Shown: positions 11,738 to 21,218 of the stretch, in pieces
How the letters are laid out: every line of letters begins with the position of its first letter
Position numbering within the stretch: the first letter of the stretch is position 1
NCBI GenBank assembly: GCA_913047795.1
Contig: CAJWTS010000011.1
Span: 5,232 to 69,231 of the forward strand
Direction of reading: 5' to 3'
Length of the DNA stretch: 64,000 nt
Origin: an uncultured Verrucomicrobiota bacterium
GTDB lineage: Bacteria; Verrucomicrobiota; Kiritimatiellia; CAJWTS01
Program-made: the position numbers and the translations under genes
Notes under the pieces: model-generated
Told to the model about the DNA's origin: nothing
The model's input: only the letters and a program-made list of their open reading frames with translations
The model's database searches: none

Positions 11738-12816
11738 TGGCCGGCACGACGGACCAGACCGGCCGTAGCAGCCGCGGGGTTTTGCTCGTTAACCTCGGTT
11801 CTCCGGACTCGACATCGGTTGCGGATGTGCGGCGCTACCTGCATCAATTCCTGATGGATCGCTACGTCATTGATGTGCCGTACCTCATGCGCAAGATGAT
11901 TGTCTGCCTGAGTATTCTCCCTACGCGCCCGAAACAAACCGCAGCCGCCTACCGCGCGATCTGGGGGCCGGACGGTTCGCCACTGATTGCGATCAGTCGG
12001 CGTGTGCAGGCCGCTCTGCAGGAGCGATTGGATCTACCCGTGGGTCTGGCCATGCGTTACGGCCGGCCCGGGATCAAGCAGTCCCTGGACGCGTTGCTCG
12101 ATCGGCTCGACGGCAATGATCCCGTGGTGCACGTCATGCCGCTTTATCCACATTTCGCGCAGGCGACTTACAAGACCGTCGTTGAGGAAATTGCGCGGGT
12201 CACGCGTCATCTTCGCCGACCGGTACGACTGGAGTATCTTCCGCCGTTCTACGAGGAGCCGCACTATATTCGTGCGCTGGCCGATTCGTTACAGGAATCA
12301 CTCAGGTGGGACTATGATCACGTGCTTTTCAGCTATCACGGCATCCCGGAGAAACATGTGCGTAAGGAAGATCGATCGGGTGCGCATTGTCTCGCGCGGG
12401 ATCATTGTTGCGAGGTTGATGCGCCGGCGCGGAGAACGTGCTATCGCGCGCATGTGTATGCCACGACACGCGCGGTCGTCGCGTCGACCGGCATTGCGGC
12501 GGATAAGCACTCCGTCGCGTTCCAGTCGCGGCTGGGGCGCGACCCCTGGTTGCGGCCTTTCACGGATTTCGAGTACGAGCGCCTGGCGGAGGCGGGTGTG
12601 CGGCGCTTGCTGGTCGTCTGTGCCTCCTTTGTCGCCGACTGTCTCGAGACCCTCGAGGAGATCGAAATTCACGGTAACGAGAGCTTCCGTGCCTGCGGTG
12701 GCGAGGAATTACGGCTCGTGCCCTGTCTGAACGACAATCCCTCCTGGATCGACACGCTGGAGGGTTGGTGTCGCAGCGGATGGAACGATCCTGAATGGGG
12801 TCGACTCGATCCGTGA
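11737..12816 (+). CDS. hemH: ferrochelatase
   Basis: GVLLVNLGSP, LAMRYG, PLYPHF, LFSYHGIP, AFQSRLG, FVADCLETLEEI. Confidence 0.95.
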   Translation: MAGTTDQTGRSSRGVLLVNLGSPDSTSVADVRRYLHQFLMDRYVIDVPYLMRKMIVCLSILPTRPKQTAAAYRAIWGPDGSPLIAISRRVQAALQERLDLPVGLAMRYGRPGIKQSLDALLDRLDGNDPVVHVMPLYPHFAQATYKTVVEEIARVTRHLRRPVRLEYLPPFYEEPHYIRALADSLQESLRWDYDHVLFSYHGIPEKHVRKEDRSGAHCLARDHCCEVDAPARRTCYRAHVYATTRAVVASTGIAADKHSVAFQSRLGRDPWLRPFTDFEYERLAEAGVRRLLVVCASFVADCLETLEEIEIHGNESFRACGGEELRLVPCLNDNPSWIDTLEGWCRSGWNDPEWGRLDP

Positions 12817-13217
12817 CGGGGGCAGGTAACGCGTTCGACTACCGGTATCTCAACCGATGGCTGCTGGGATGCCTGGTAGCGGGACTCGCGTGGTGGTTCG
12901 TCCTGGCCATGGACCTGCTCGGCTTACCGGCGGAGATGACGACATGTGGATCGATTCGTATGCTCGGGCGCCCCTGCGCGTTGTGTGGCATGACCCGCGC
13001 CGTTGCGTCTTTATTGGCGGGAGACCCCGGAGGGGCGCATCGTTACAACCCGGCGGTGATCCCGCTTGCCATTGTGATGCTCCTGGAAGTCGTCGCGCGC
13101 CTCGTGCTCGCGATACGGCGCGTGCCCGACGCGTATCGGGCGAACGTCATGCGCCTCGACAGGGCGACGCATGTCGCCGTCGTCGTGCTGCTTGCGGTCC
13201 TCTTCGTCGTCGGCTAA
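12813..13217 (+). CDS. DUF2752-like membrane protein
   Basis: C...LGRPCALCGMTRA...YNP motif plus TM helices; GTG start overlaps the hemH stop. Confidence 0.75.
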   Translation: MTGAGNAFDYRYLNRWLLGCLVAGLAWWFVLAMDLLGLPAEMTTCGSIRMLGRPCALCGMTRAVASLLAGDPGGAHRYNPAVIPLAIVMLLEVVARLVLAIRRVPDAYRANVMRLDRATHVAVVVLLAVLFVVG

Positions 13218-13232
13218 GCCGCACCGGATAGA

Positions 13233-13652
13233 CTACGCCTTTGTGATGCCCTTGAACCAGTCGACGGCATAGTGTCCGATCAGGGGTACGGGCTTCTCTG
13301 CGCCGTTGCAGGCGTTTATGAGGCCCAGGATAAACAACAAAAGTAGCGCCAGGCCGAGCACGGGAAGCAGGACAAAGCCGATGCACATCGCCAGCAGCGG
13401 CGCGGAGATCGTGCCCACCACGACACCGGCAATCCAGAGCAGCAGGACCTGCTTGGAATGGAAGAGCGAGAACGCGTTATCGCGCATAATAAGGGGCACA
13501 ATGAAAAACGGGATCCCCACAAAACTCAACGCGTAGGACAAGATCGCGAAGGCCTTGCCCTTATCGGCTTCGCTACCGTCGCCCGTGGGTGTCTTGGGCT
13601 GTGCTTCGTCGAACCTGGTTTCTTCCGTTGATGGTTCCTGATTGTCCGTCAT
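13233..13652 (-). CDS. DUF4870-like membrane protein
   Basis: AILSY...FSLFHSKQ...LGLINACNG..KPVPLIG. Confidence 0.75.
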   Translation of the reverse strand: MTDNQEPSTEETRFDEAQPKTPTGDGSEADKGKAFAILSYALSFVGIPFFIVPLIMRDNAFSLFHSKQVLLLWIAGVVVGTISAPLLAMCIGFVLLPVLGLALLLLFILGLINACNGAEKPVPLIGHYAVDWFKGITKA

Positions 13653-13803
13653 GTCGTGTCCTCCAATCATGCACTGGGTTACGATTGACGCCGCGGCGGA
13701 TGCGCCGTTGCTCGTCGTAGACTATCCGGCTTATACGGGCGGAGATCAAGCGCGAACCCGGACCGGTCGCGGCGCTGTTACCGCCGCTTTGTCGTGCTGT
13801 GTC

Positions 13804-13832
13804 TTGACAGTCGAAGTCGAGAACCCCATGAT
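13804..13832 (+). promoter_or_regulatory. putative sigma70 promoter (TTGACA-N17-CATGAT)
   Basis: Perfect -35, 17-nt spacer and a 4/6 -10, upstream of the ferredoxin gene. Confidence 0.4.
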
Positions 13833-13861
13833 AACGCGAAGTTTAAACGATGGACGCTCTT

Positions 13862-14269
13862 ATGGCTGAACGCCCCTACGATCATTTCCAAAATGTTGCC
13901 CCGGTTCCCAAGGTTATCGGGGAGAAGCGCAAGCGCCCCAATATCATTGCAGTTGTGGACGAGGACAATTGTACGGGCTGCGAAGCCTGCGTCCCGTTTT
14001 GTCCGGTGGATTGCATCGAACACGTCCCGGATGGGAAATACGACGATGTCGTGATTTCGCCGGTGCAGATCCGCTTTAACGAGTGCATCGGGTGCCGAAT
14101 TTGCGTGCGCGTATGCGACCGAATGACCTGGTCCGCGATCCAGATGCATCCGACGGAGGATGTCGAGCAGCGCTTCGACGTTGAGATTTCGGGTAAGAAG
14201 TACGGGTGGGAAGGTGTTCCCGACGATCCGCATATCGGGCGCAAGACCGAGCAGCACGTTCGCAAGTAG
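13862..14269 (+). CDS. 2x[4Fe-4S] ferredoxin-domain protein
   Basis: CTGCEACVPFCP and CIGCRICVRVC motifs. Confidence 0.88.
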   Translation: MAERPYDHFQNVAPVPKVIGEKRKRPNIIAVVDEDNCTGCEACVPFCPVDCIEHVPDGKYDDVVISPVQIRFNECIGCRICVRVCDRMTWSAIQMHPTEDVEQRFDVEISGKKYGWEGVPDDPHIGRKTEQHVRK

Positions 14270-14355
14270 GCCATGATTAGGCCCGATCGTCTGAGCGAGC
14301 AGGTCGGTGCGCCGTGTGTCAACCGCCGAGTTTTTTTCCGATTAATGACCGTCTT

Positions 14356-15282
14356 ATGAAACCCGACGTCCCGGATAATTTGACTGAAGACGCTCCCGAT
14401 GAACCGGCATCCGAGCCGGCGAAGAACTGGCCCGAGAGCCGTTGGGGCAGGTGGCTGCATTCGCTATTTGTCATCCCCTTCTTTATCGCGCTCTTCGGCG
14501 TTATTCTTGCCACGCTCGTATATGTTGTGGCGGCCGACGATCGTTCAATCAACGACTACCTGGAGGACATCCAGACCGGCCGCAAATCCAAGCGCTGGCA
14601 GGCGGCTTTCGAGCTGTCCAAGATCTTCGTCAACCCTGACCGGGTTCCCGGCGATCACGTGTTCGTGCCCCAGGTGATCGCGCTCTTCGATGACGAAACG
14701 ATGCGACAAGAGGATCCCCGGGTTCGGCAGTATCTTGCGCTGGCGATGGGGCGCTCCGGCATCGACGGCTTTTATGCGCCTCTGATGGAAGGCTTTCACG
14801 CGGCGGGGGCTGACGACCGCGCCGTATTCATCCAGGCTCTCGGCTACCTCGGTAGGACCGAAGCCGTGGACGAGTTGCACCCGTATCTGCAGCATGCGAA
14901 GGCCCCGATGCGGCTCGTGACGGTCATCGCCCTGGGAAATATAGGTGCTCGCGAATCGATCGAGCACCTGCTGCCCTTGCTGAGCGATGCGGAGCCCAAC
15001 GTGATGTGGGACGCGGCGGTCGCGCTTGCGAAACTCGGTGACAGGTCGGGTCGGGAGATCCTGCTGGCGTTGATGAGTCGGGAATATTACGCACAGTTTG
15101 GCGAAGTGGACGCGCAGGAGCGCGCGCGGGCCATGGTGGTTGCCATCCAGGCGGCGGCGGGCTTGGGCGATTCCGAGATGGATGCGGCCATCGCTCGACT
15201 GGCGAAGGACGACCCCAATGCCCTGGTCAGTAATGCGGCCCGCAAGGCGCTTGAGCATATTGGCGGACGCAGGACTCAATAG
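14356..15282 (+). CDS. membrane-anchored HEAT/PBS-lyase repeat protein
   Basis: Single TM followed by repeats such as VRQYLALAMG, VIALGNIG and VMWDAAVALAKLG. Confidence 0.8.
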   Translation: MKPDVPDNLTEDAPDEPASEPAKNWPESRWGRWLHSLFVIPFFIALFGVILATLVYVVAADDRSINDYLEDIQTGRKSKRWQAAFELSKIFVNPDRVPGDHVFVPQVIALFDDETMRQEDPRVRQYLALAMGRSGIDGFYAPLMEGFHAAGADDRAVFIQALGYLGRTEAVDELHPYLQHAKAPMRLVTVIALGNIGARESIEHLLPLLSDAEPNVMWDAAVALAKLGDRSGREILLALMSREYYAQFGEVDAQERARAMVVAIQAAAGLGDSEMDAAIARLAKDDPNALVSNAARKALEHIGGRRTQ

Positions 15283-15584
15283 GGCATGGCGTCTGCACGG
15301 CAGACGTGTCTGATCGCCGTGTGCCTGTCTGTTGCTTTTTACGCGACGCGGTGACGGGCGGATCGTTCGGGAGGTCGACGGGTTCGCTCACAGGTCGCTG
15401 TCGGCGCCTGGCCGAGTACCCGACGTATGGGAGGCCCGTAACGGATTTGATCTGGAGCTCGCTGGATGTCCGAGTTTCGGCCCTGCAGGCCGGGTACGTC
15501 GATTTGTCCACACCTGGAAATGAATATATAATCTTGCTGTGGCGTCGAAGCGTTAACAAGTTCGAAACACGATTCGGAGGCGGA

Positions 15585-16550
15585 ATGAAAACGTTAATAT
15601 GGGTTCTGGCATTCGTGACGGTGGTATCGGTTGACGTGCGGGGCGTTCAAATCGGCGAACATGTCTCACAGGTCCGGCGCGAGTTGGGCGAACCGAAGGG
15701 ATATCTTCGCATGGATACGTTCGAGTTGTTGTGCTACGACCGCGGCCGGGTCAAATGCCGCGATGGGCGGGTGGTCGACATGGACCTGGTCTCTCCCGAG
15801 GAACTCGCTGTTCGGCGTGATGACGAAGCGCGGCAGCGTGCCAGGCAGGCGCGAGAAGTGGAGGAGCGACGGGTGCGCATGACCGCGCGGGGCGAAGCCC
15901 TCAAGTCCGACAAATTGAGTGACCCCGCATTTCTGGCCGGTTCGGCGGCGGACCGTCTCAGGTTCTGGACGGCCTTTCGTAAGCTTTACCAGGACGTGAA
16001 TGTCGACGTTGAATATGGAGAAACGCTGTTGCGATTCGAACACGATCTTGCACTTGAAGAGGAGGCCCGCGAACGCGAACGGGAGCAGGCCGCGGCGGAG
16101 CGACGCCTGGTCGAGCTTGAGCGGCGTGTGCTGGATGCCGAGGCACGCGCGCGCAACGCAGAGGACGTTGCATACGATGCGCGGCGGGATCGCGGCAATC
16201 GCTTTTACTATCCGGCATCCGTCGTGACGCCCGTCCTGCAACATGGCGCGCATAACCCCTGTCGTAATAGCCCGCGCAAGGGATCATCGATCCAGGTGAG
16301 TATTGGCGGGCAGATTGTGCACCAGCGCGGTGACCCGCATGCGGCGCAGGGAAGCAATTGCCGAACAACGGTTTTTCGGCCGGCGGCATCGAAACGCGGG
16401 ATTGCCGTGATGTATACGCGCTGTGAACCGGACAAAAGCGAATCGACTCCACACGCGGCCTTCCGGGCGCGCATGCGGGCCCAGAAGGCGGCCGCGCGCA
16501 GCTCATTTCACGCGACCTACTCGAGCCGGTCCGGCGGGAGCTACGACTAG
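15585..16550 (+). CDS. hypothetical exported protein with coiled coil
   Basis: GGAGG RBS before the ATG, signal peptide, R/E-rich coiled-coil segments. Confidence 0.65.
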   Translation: MKTLIWVLAFVTVVSVDVRGVQIGEHVSQVRRELGEPKGYLRMDTFELLCYDRGRVKCRDGRVVDMDLVSPEELAVRRDDEARQRARQAREVEERRVRMTARGEALKSDKLSDPAFLAGSAADRLRFWTAFRKLYQDVNVDVEYGETLLRFEHDLALEEEAREREREQAAAERRLVELERRVLDAEARARNAEDVAYDARRDRGNRFYYPASVVTPVLQHGAHNPCRNSPRKGSSIQVSIGGQIVHQRGDPHAAQGSNCRTTVFRPAASKRGIAVMYTRCEPDKSESTPHAAFRARMRAQKAAARSSFHATYSSRSGGSYD

Positions 16551-16693
16551 CAGGGCGTCATCTGATTGGCAGGATGCCCTCTTAGAGTCAGCACCCGGCG
16601 CTTTCCCGTGCTCTTCCTTGCGGAAGGATCGGTGTTGTGATCACGCCGTTCCTTCACGATGCTACGCAGGGCATCCCTCGTGCCCGTGACGCA

Positions 16694-18223
16694 TTACGTG
16701 CGAAAGAACTTGCGCAGGCAGGCGTCGGATGGTGGGCGGGTACATAGCGAGACGACCACGGTTGCGACGACGCAGACGAGGAACATCACGGCTGCGGGCA
16801 TGATTCCGCGGTCCGGGCCGAGCCAGTTGATCAGGTAGTGGCGGTTCTCGCCGAAACCGGAATCGCGGAACATGTATAGCCATGTTGCAGCCGTGGAAAG
16901 AATGCCGGCGTAGGCCCCGGCGCGGGTCAGGCGTTTCCAGTAGACGGCGGCGAAGATCACGGGAAACAGTGCCCCGAAGCCCGAGAAACACCAGATGCCC
17001 AGCACGAAGACACTGCGCGGCTCCGCCAGGCTGAGAAGGTAGGTGATCGCGACGACGACAATCACAAACCCGCGTCCGATCAAGATCTTCTGCCGCTCAC
17101 TGAAGGTGCGCTTGCGGCCGTAGTGCAGCACGATGTCGTTAGTGAAAATATTGCTCAGGCAGAGGAATTGCGAATCCAGCGAGGACATGATGGCCGCGAG
17201 AATGCCCGCACTTAGTAGTCCTGTCGTCAAGGGGGTGGTCAACTTTTTGACCATGATCGGGAGCACGGCGTTTGCGTTGGCGAAATTGGGGGGTATCACC
17301 GGGCGGCCGCCGACCACGGCCGACGTGGCCCATGCGCCGATGAGTACGCAGGGCACCCAAACAAGCATGATGCAGATCGGGTGAGCGATGACGGAAAGCC
17401 GAAAGGTGCGGGCCGATCGCGCGGTCAGCCAGTGCTGGAAGAGATGCGGGAACATGCCGACCGAGAGCGGGATGAAGAGATAGGTCAGGAATTCCCACTT
17501 GCCGATCGCGACACGTGTGAACATCTCGGGCCGGCTTTCAATCACGGCGCGGCTGGCGCTCTCGAAGCCGCCCAGCTTGGATGCCAGTGTAAAGGATGCG
17601 ACGGCTGCAACAATCATGAAGACGACTGTCTGAAAGGCGTTGGCCCAGGCTGCGCCGCGCAACCCACCGAAGAAGACGTAGCTCATCACGACAAGGCAGA
17701 TGACCGCCGAGCCAAGCGCGGGTGGCACGCCGCCCTTGAAGTCGGCAAATGCTTCCGGGAAGGCACCGGCCGTTACAACATTGATGATCGTGCCGGAGGC
17801 CATCACGCCGATGAGCAGGTAGGGAATCAGCAGTCCGACGAGAATCGGAAACAGCACGATCCCAATGTTTTCCGATTCGAGGCGATCGCGAAAGAACTGG
17901 ATCTGAGTCATGTATCCATTGCGTTTGCCGAACGACCATAGGCGGATACCAATGATGAAGAAGATGAGAGGATGGATGATGCCGGAGATGGAAGCCATCA
18001 GTCCGTAGACGCCGATCCCGCGCTTAAACGATTCCCCCGTGGACCCCACCAGCGCAAAAGCCGTCATCGTTGTTCCAAACAACGACATCAAGAGGAGGAA
18101 GGGGCCGATCGAGCGTTCGGCGAGGAAGAAATCGGACGAGCTGCCACGCGCCATCCGACCGGCATAGAGGCCGAGGCCGAGCAGAAGCAGCAGATAGCAA
18201 GTGATGACGATCAGTGGGGTCAT
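16694..18223 (-). CDS. sodium:solute symporter family protein
   Basis: DFFLAERSIG, GYMTQIQFFRDR, YVFFGGLRG, GILAAIMSSLDS; about 13 TMs. Confidence 0.92.
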   Translation of the reverse strand: MTPLIVITCYLLLLLGLGLYAGRMARGSSSDFFLAERSIGPFLLLMSLFGTTMTAFALVGSTGESFKRGIGVYGLMASISGIIHPLIFFIIGIRLWSFGKRNGYMTQIQFFRDRLESENIGIVLFPILVGLLIPYLLIGVMASGTIINVVTAGAFPEAFADFKGGVPPALGSAVICLVVMSYVFFGGLRGAAWANAFQTVVFMIVAAVASFTLASKLGGFESASRAVIESRPEMFTRVAIGKWEFLTYLFIPLSVGMFPHLFQHWLTARSARTFRLSVIAHPICIMLVWVPCVLIGAWATSAVVGGRPVIPPNFANANAVLPIMVKKLTTPLTTGLLSAGILAAIMSSLDSQFLCLSNIFTNDIVLHYGRKRTFSERQKILIGRGFVIVVVAITYLLSLAEPRSVFVLGIWCFSGFGALFPVIFAAVYWKRLTRAGAYAGILSTAATWLYMFRDSGFGENRHYLINWLGPDRGIMPAAVMFLVCVVATVVVSLCTRPPSDACLRKFFRT

Positions 18224-18429
18224 GGCGTGTCGTCGTCCTCGATCTCATGCGGCCAGCAGGCGTAGCAGGCCCAGGCGCCCAGGCAGCCTGCGAGGATTGA
18301 GATCAGGGCATGGTAGGCGAGCCCAATGGGCATGAACCCGAAGAGCAGGCGGGCGTCCGTCCAGAACCAGACGTCCTGGTGAAGCACGATCAGGACCAGC
18401 GTGGCGATGTACATGATGCGGCGATTCAT
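18220..18429 (-). CDS. small membrane partner of the SSS transporter (DUF3311-like)
   Basis: LHQDVWFW...LFGFMPIGLAYH; overlaps the SSS start. Confidence 0.75.
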   Translation of the reverse strand: MNRRIMYIATLVLIVLHQDVWFWTDARLLFGFMPIGLAYHALISILAGCLGAWACYACWPHEIEDDDTP

Positions 18430-18539
18430 TGCCGGGCACTATACGGGACTCGGAACCCCCCACGCAACGGTTCTGTCTGCTATGATGTTGTGACAGGATA
18501 CCTTTGGTTCCTTCGAAGCCCGGGAGACGTGAGGTACGG

Positions 18540-19493
18540 ATGCGTTGGCGAAAATTGACAGTAAGTGCGGTGGCGGTCGTGCTGGTTCTGGCCGTCGGCG
18601 AGATCGCGATGCGGGGTTTTTTCGGCCCGGCCCTCCGGGTTCAGCTTGATGAGCGCAATTTGCTCTATCGCTATGACGCCGAATTGGGGTGGTTCCCCGT
18701 AGCAAACAGCCGGGCAAACCATACAGGTGTCCGGCAGATCGATGTGCAGCACAACAGTCGTGGATTCAGGGATCCTGAGCACGAGCCCGGCCACCGACCG
18801 GGTCTATTGATTCTCGGGGACTCGTTCGTCTGGGGCTATGACGCCGAGGTATCTGAGCGCTTCAGCGAGCTTCTGCGTGAAAGGATGAGCGGGTGGGACG
18901 TCTATAACCTCGGAATAAGTGGATACGGCACGGATCAGGAGTACCTGCTACTACAGGGTCAATTTGACCACTATCGTCCCGCCCTTGTTCTGGTTGTATA
19001 TTGCCAGATGAATGACGAGGCCAACAACTCAAGTAGCGTATCGCATGGCTATCACAAGCCCTATTTTCGTCTGTCGGGGGATGGGGAACCGGTTCTTGAT
19101 GGAACCCCGGTTCCGCGGTCGGCGCACTACTTTTTCGCCGAACACCGGTTGCTGACGAAGTCGTATTGGATCCGACTCGCGGTGAAACCCTATTTTAAAC
19201 GGCGGTCTCCGCCCACCGTTCATATACCCAATCCAACAGCCGCCATATTTGCGGCAATGCGGCATTTCCTTGCGGCACGTGACGCCACATTGATCGTGGG
19301 CTTCGAAGGCGCCAATCGCGGGCTACAGGCCGTCCTCGAGTCTGAGGGCATTCCAGTCATTGACCTCGACACGAGCCATCGCTACTTCACCTACGGGCGT
19401 CACTGGACGCCCAGGGGGCATCGCGTCGTCGCTGACCGGATCCATGCCTTCCTGGCTGATGGCGGATTCCTGGGCCAGCCCCGGCGTCGGTGA
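18540..19493 (+). CDS. SGNH/GDSL hydrolase-family protein
   Basis: N-terminal TM, NSRGFRD, LGDSFVWG, NLGISGYGTDQE, HWTPRGH. Confidence 0.85.
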   Translation: MRWRKLTVSAVAVVLVLAVGEIAMRGFFGPALRVQLDERNLLYRYDAELGWFPVANSRANHTGVRQIDVQHNSRGFRDPEHEPGHRPGLLILGDSFVWGYDAEVSERFSELLRERMSGWDVYNLGISGYGTDQEYLLLQGQFDHYRPALVLVVYCQMNDEANNSSSVSHGYHKPYFRLSGDGEPVLDGTPVPRSAHYFFAEHRLLTKSYWIRLAVKPYFKRRSPPTVHIPNPTAAIFAAMRHFLAARDATLIVGFEGANRGLQAVLESEGIPVIDLDTSHRYFTYGRHWTPRGHRVVADRIHAFLADGGFLGQPRRR

Positions 19494-19612
19494 ACTTCAG
19501 GCCGTGCGGGGTGGGGCCGTGGCCAATCTTGCTCTTGCAACGACTTGACAGCGTTGACGCGACCGCGCAATTTACCCAGTCGCAGAATGGTATGGCATGA
19601 AGGATCGCGGGC

Positions 19613-20353
19613 ATGGCAAAAGCACGTAAGAACAACGGACGCATTCACAGCTTTGATTTTCAACCGGGTGATATTCTTGCGCGCAAGTACGAGATAATCG
19701 ACAAGGTTGGAAGTGGCTGGGAAGGTGAGGTCTTCAGGATCCGGGAACGCAGCACGGGGATCGAGCGCGCCGCCAAGATCTTCTTTCCGCATCGCAACCG
19801 GCGTGACAAGAGCTCCAAGTTCTACGCGCGTAAATTGCACAAGCTGCGCGATTGTCCAATCCTGATCCAGTATCATAGCCAGGAGACGATCAAGTACAAT
19901 GACTACCCCGTTACGGTGCTGATTTCCGAACTCGTTGAAGGTGAGCCGCTCAGCGATTTCCTGACGCGTCATCCCGGCAAACGAATCACGCCGTTCCAGG
20001 GCGTGATCCTGCTCCACGCGCTGGCGAAGGGGATCGAGAAGATTCACCGCATCCGCGAATATCACGGCGACCTTCACTCCGGGAACATTATCATCCGCCA
20101 TCATGGACTGGGCTTTGATCTGAAAATCATCGATCTGTTTCAGTGGGAGTACCCCCGGCGGGAAAACATTAACGATGATGTCGTGGACCTCATCCGCCTC
20201 TTCTACGACGCGATCGGCGGCCCCAAGCATTACGCGAAACACCCGCGTGAGATAAAGGCCATCTGTTGCGGCCTCAAGCGATCACTGATCCTTAAGAAAT
20301 TCAAGACGGCCGGACAATTGCGCACGTACCTCGAGAACATGGAGTGGGAGTGA
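19613..20353 (+). CDS. minimal Hanks-type Ser/Thr protein kinase
   Basis: GSGWEGEVF Gly loop, RAAKIF Lys, YHGDLHSGN catalytic loop, IIDLF at the DFG position. Confidence 0.85.
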   Translation: MAKARKNNGRIHSFDFQPGDILARKYEIIDKVGSGWEGEVFRIRERSTGIERAAKIFFPHRNRRDKSSKFYARKLHKLRDCPILIQYHSQETIKYNDYPVTVLISELVEGEPLSDFLTRHPGKRITPFQGVILLHALAKGIEKIHRIREYHGDLHSGNIIIRHHGLGFDLKIIDLFQWEYPRRENINDDVVDLIRLFYDAIGGPKHYAKHPREIKAICCGLKRSLILKKFKTAGQLRTYLENMEWE

Positions 20354-21189
20354 AGAGCAGGGGGTTGCTACGTTCGCGTCTCTTTGTCGATCACTACACC
20401 TCCGACGCCGAAATATTTGAAGCGCCGTCCGGGCAACTGGCGGTCTACACGGCGGCGGCGGAAGACGATGCGGCCAATGAGGATGCCGTTGGTCTGTTCC
20501 CTTGTACCGAGGAGACGACCGTGCTGGCGGTGGCGGACGGCGTTGGCGGTCAGCGTGCCGGCGAACAGGCCGCCCACATCGCGTTGATGCAGCTACGCGC
20601 GGCGCTGAATCGCATTCGTCGCGAGAGCGCGGAACCACGAGCAGCGATCCTCGATGGATTTGAACAGGCCAATCGCGCCGTGCTTGAGATGGGTATCGGC
20701 GCGGCGACGACGCTGGCGGTCGTCGAGGTTTGTGGGAAACAGATCCGTCCTTATCATGTCGGCGACTCACCAATCCTCGTGGTCGGCCAGCGTGGCCAGG
20801 TGAAGTTGCAGTCGGTTGCACATTCACCGGTCGGCTACGCGGTGGAGTCCGGGTTGGTGGACGAAGATGATGCGCTCAATCATGAGGAGCGGCACGTGGT
20901 GTCGAACTTGATCGGTGATCAGGAGATGCGCATTGAAATGGGATCAACGATGACCCTTGCGCGTTACGACACGTTGTTGATTGCAAGTGATGGACTCTGG
21001 GACAATCTGTATTTGTCGGAGATCGTGGAGAACGTTCGCAAGGGACCCATGGAACAGGTCGTCCGCGGCCTGGTGGGAACATGCCGCAGTCGCATGCATG
21101 GCGACGGCGAAGGGCAACCGTCCAAGCTCGATGACGTCAGCTTCGTGGTTTATCGGCCGGCGCGTGGTCGTCGTTCCGTGAAAAGTTGA
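20350..21189 (+). CDS. PP2C/PPM family protein phosphatase
   Basis: NEDA, VADGVGG, HVGDS, IASDGLWD, DDVS motifs; GTGA overlap with the kinase stop. Confidence 0.9.
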   Translation: MKSRGLLRSRLFVDHYTSDAEIFEAPSGQLAVYTAAAEDDAANEDAVGLFPCTEETTVLAVADGVGGQRAGEQAAHIALMQLRAALNRIRRESAEPRAAILDGFEQANRAVLEMGIGAATTLAVVEVCGKQIRPYHVGDSPILVVGQRGQVKLQSVAHSPVGYAVESGLVDEDDALNHEERHVVSNLIGDQEMRIEMGSTMTLARYDTLLIASDGLWDNLYLSEIVENVRKGPMEQVVRGLVGTCRSRMHGDGEGQPSKLDDVSFVVYRPARGRRSVKS

Positions 21190-21218
21190 TCGGCCACAGG
21201 TTGCCGGCACCCGTTCGT

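Noticed and set aside
15283..15584. 300-bp gap and ORF-track upstream extension of the 15585 gene
   Set aside because: No convincing coding motif or RNA structure; a clear GGAGG RBS supports the start at 15585.
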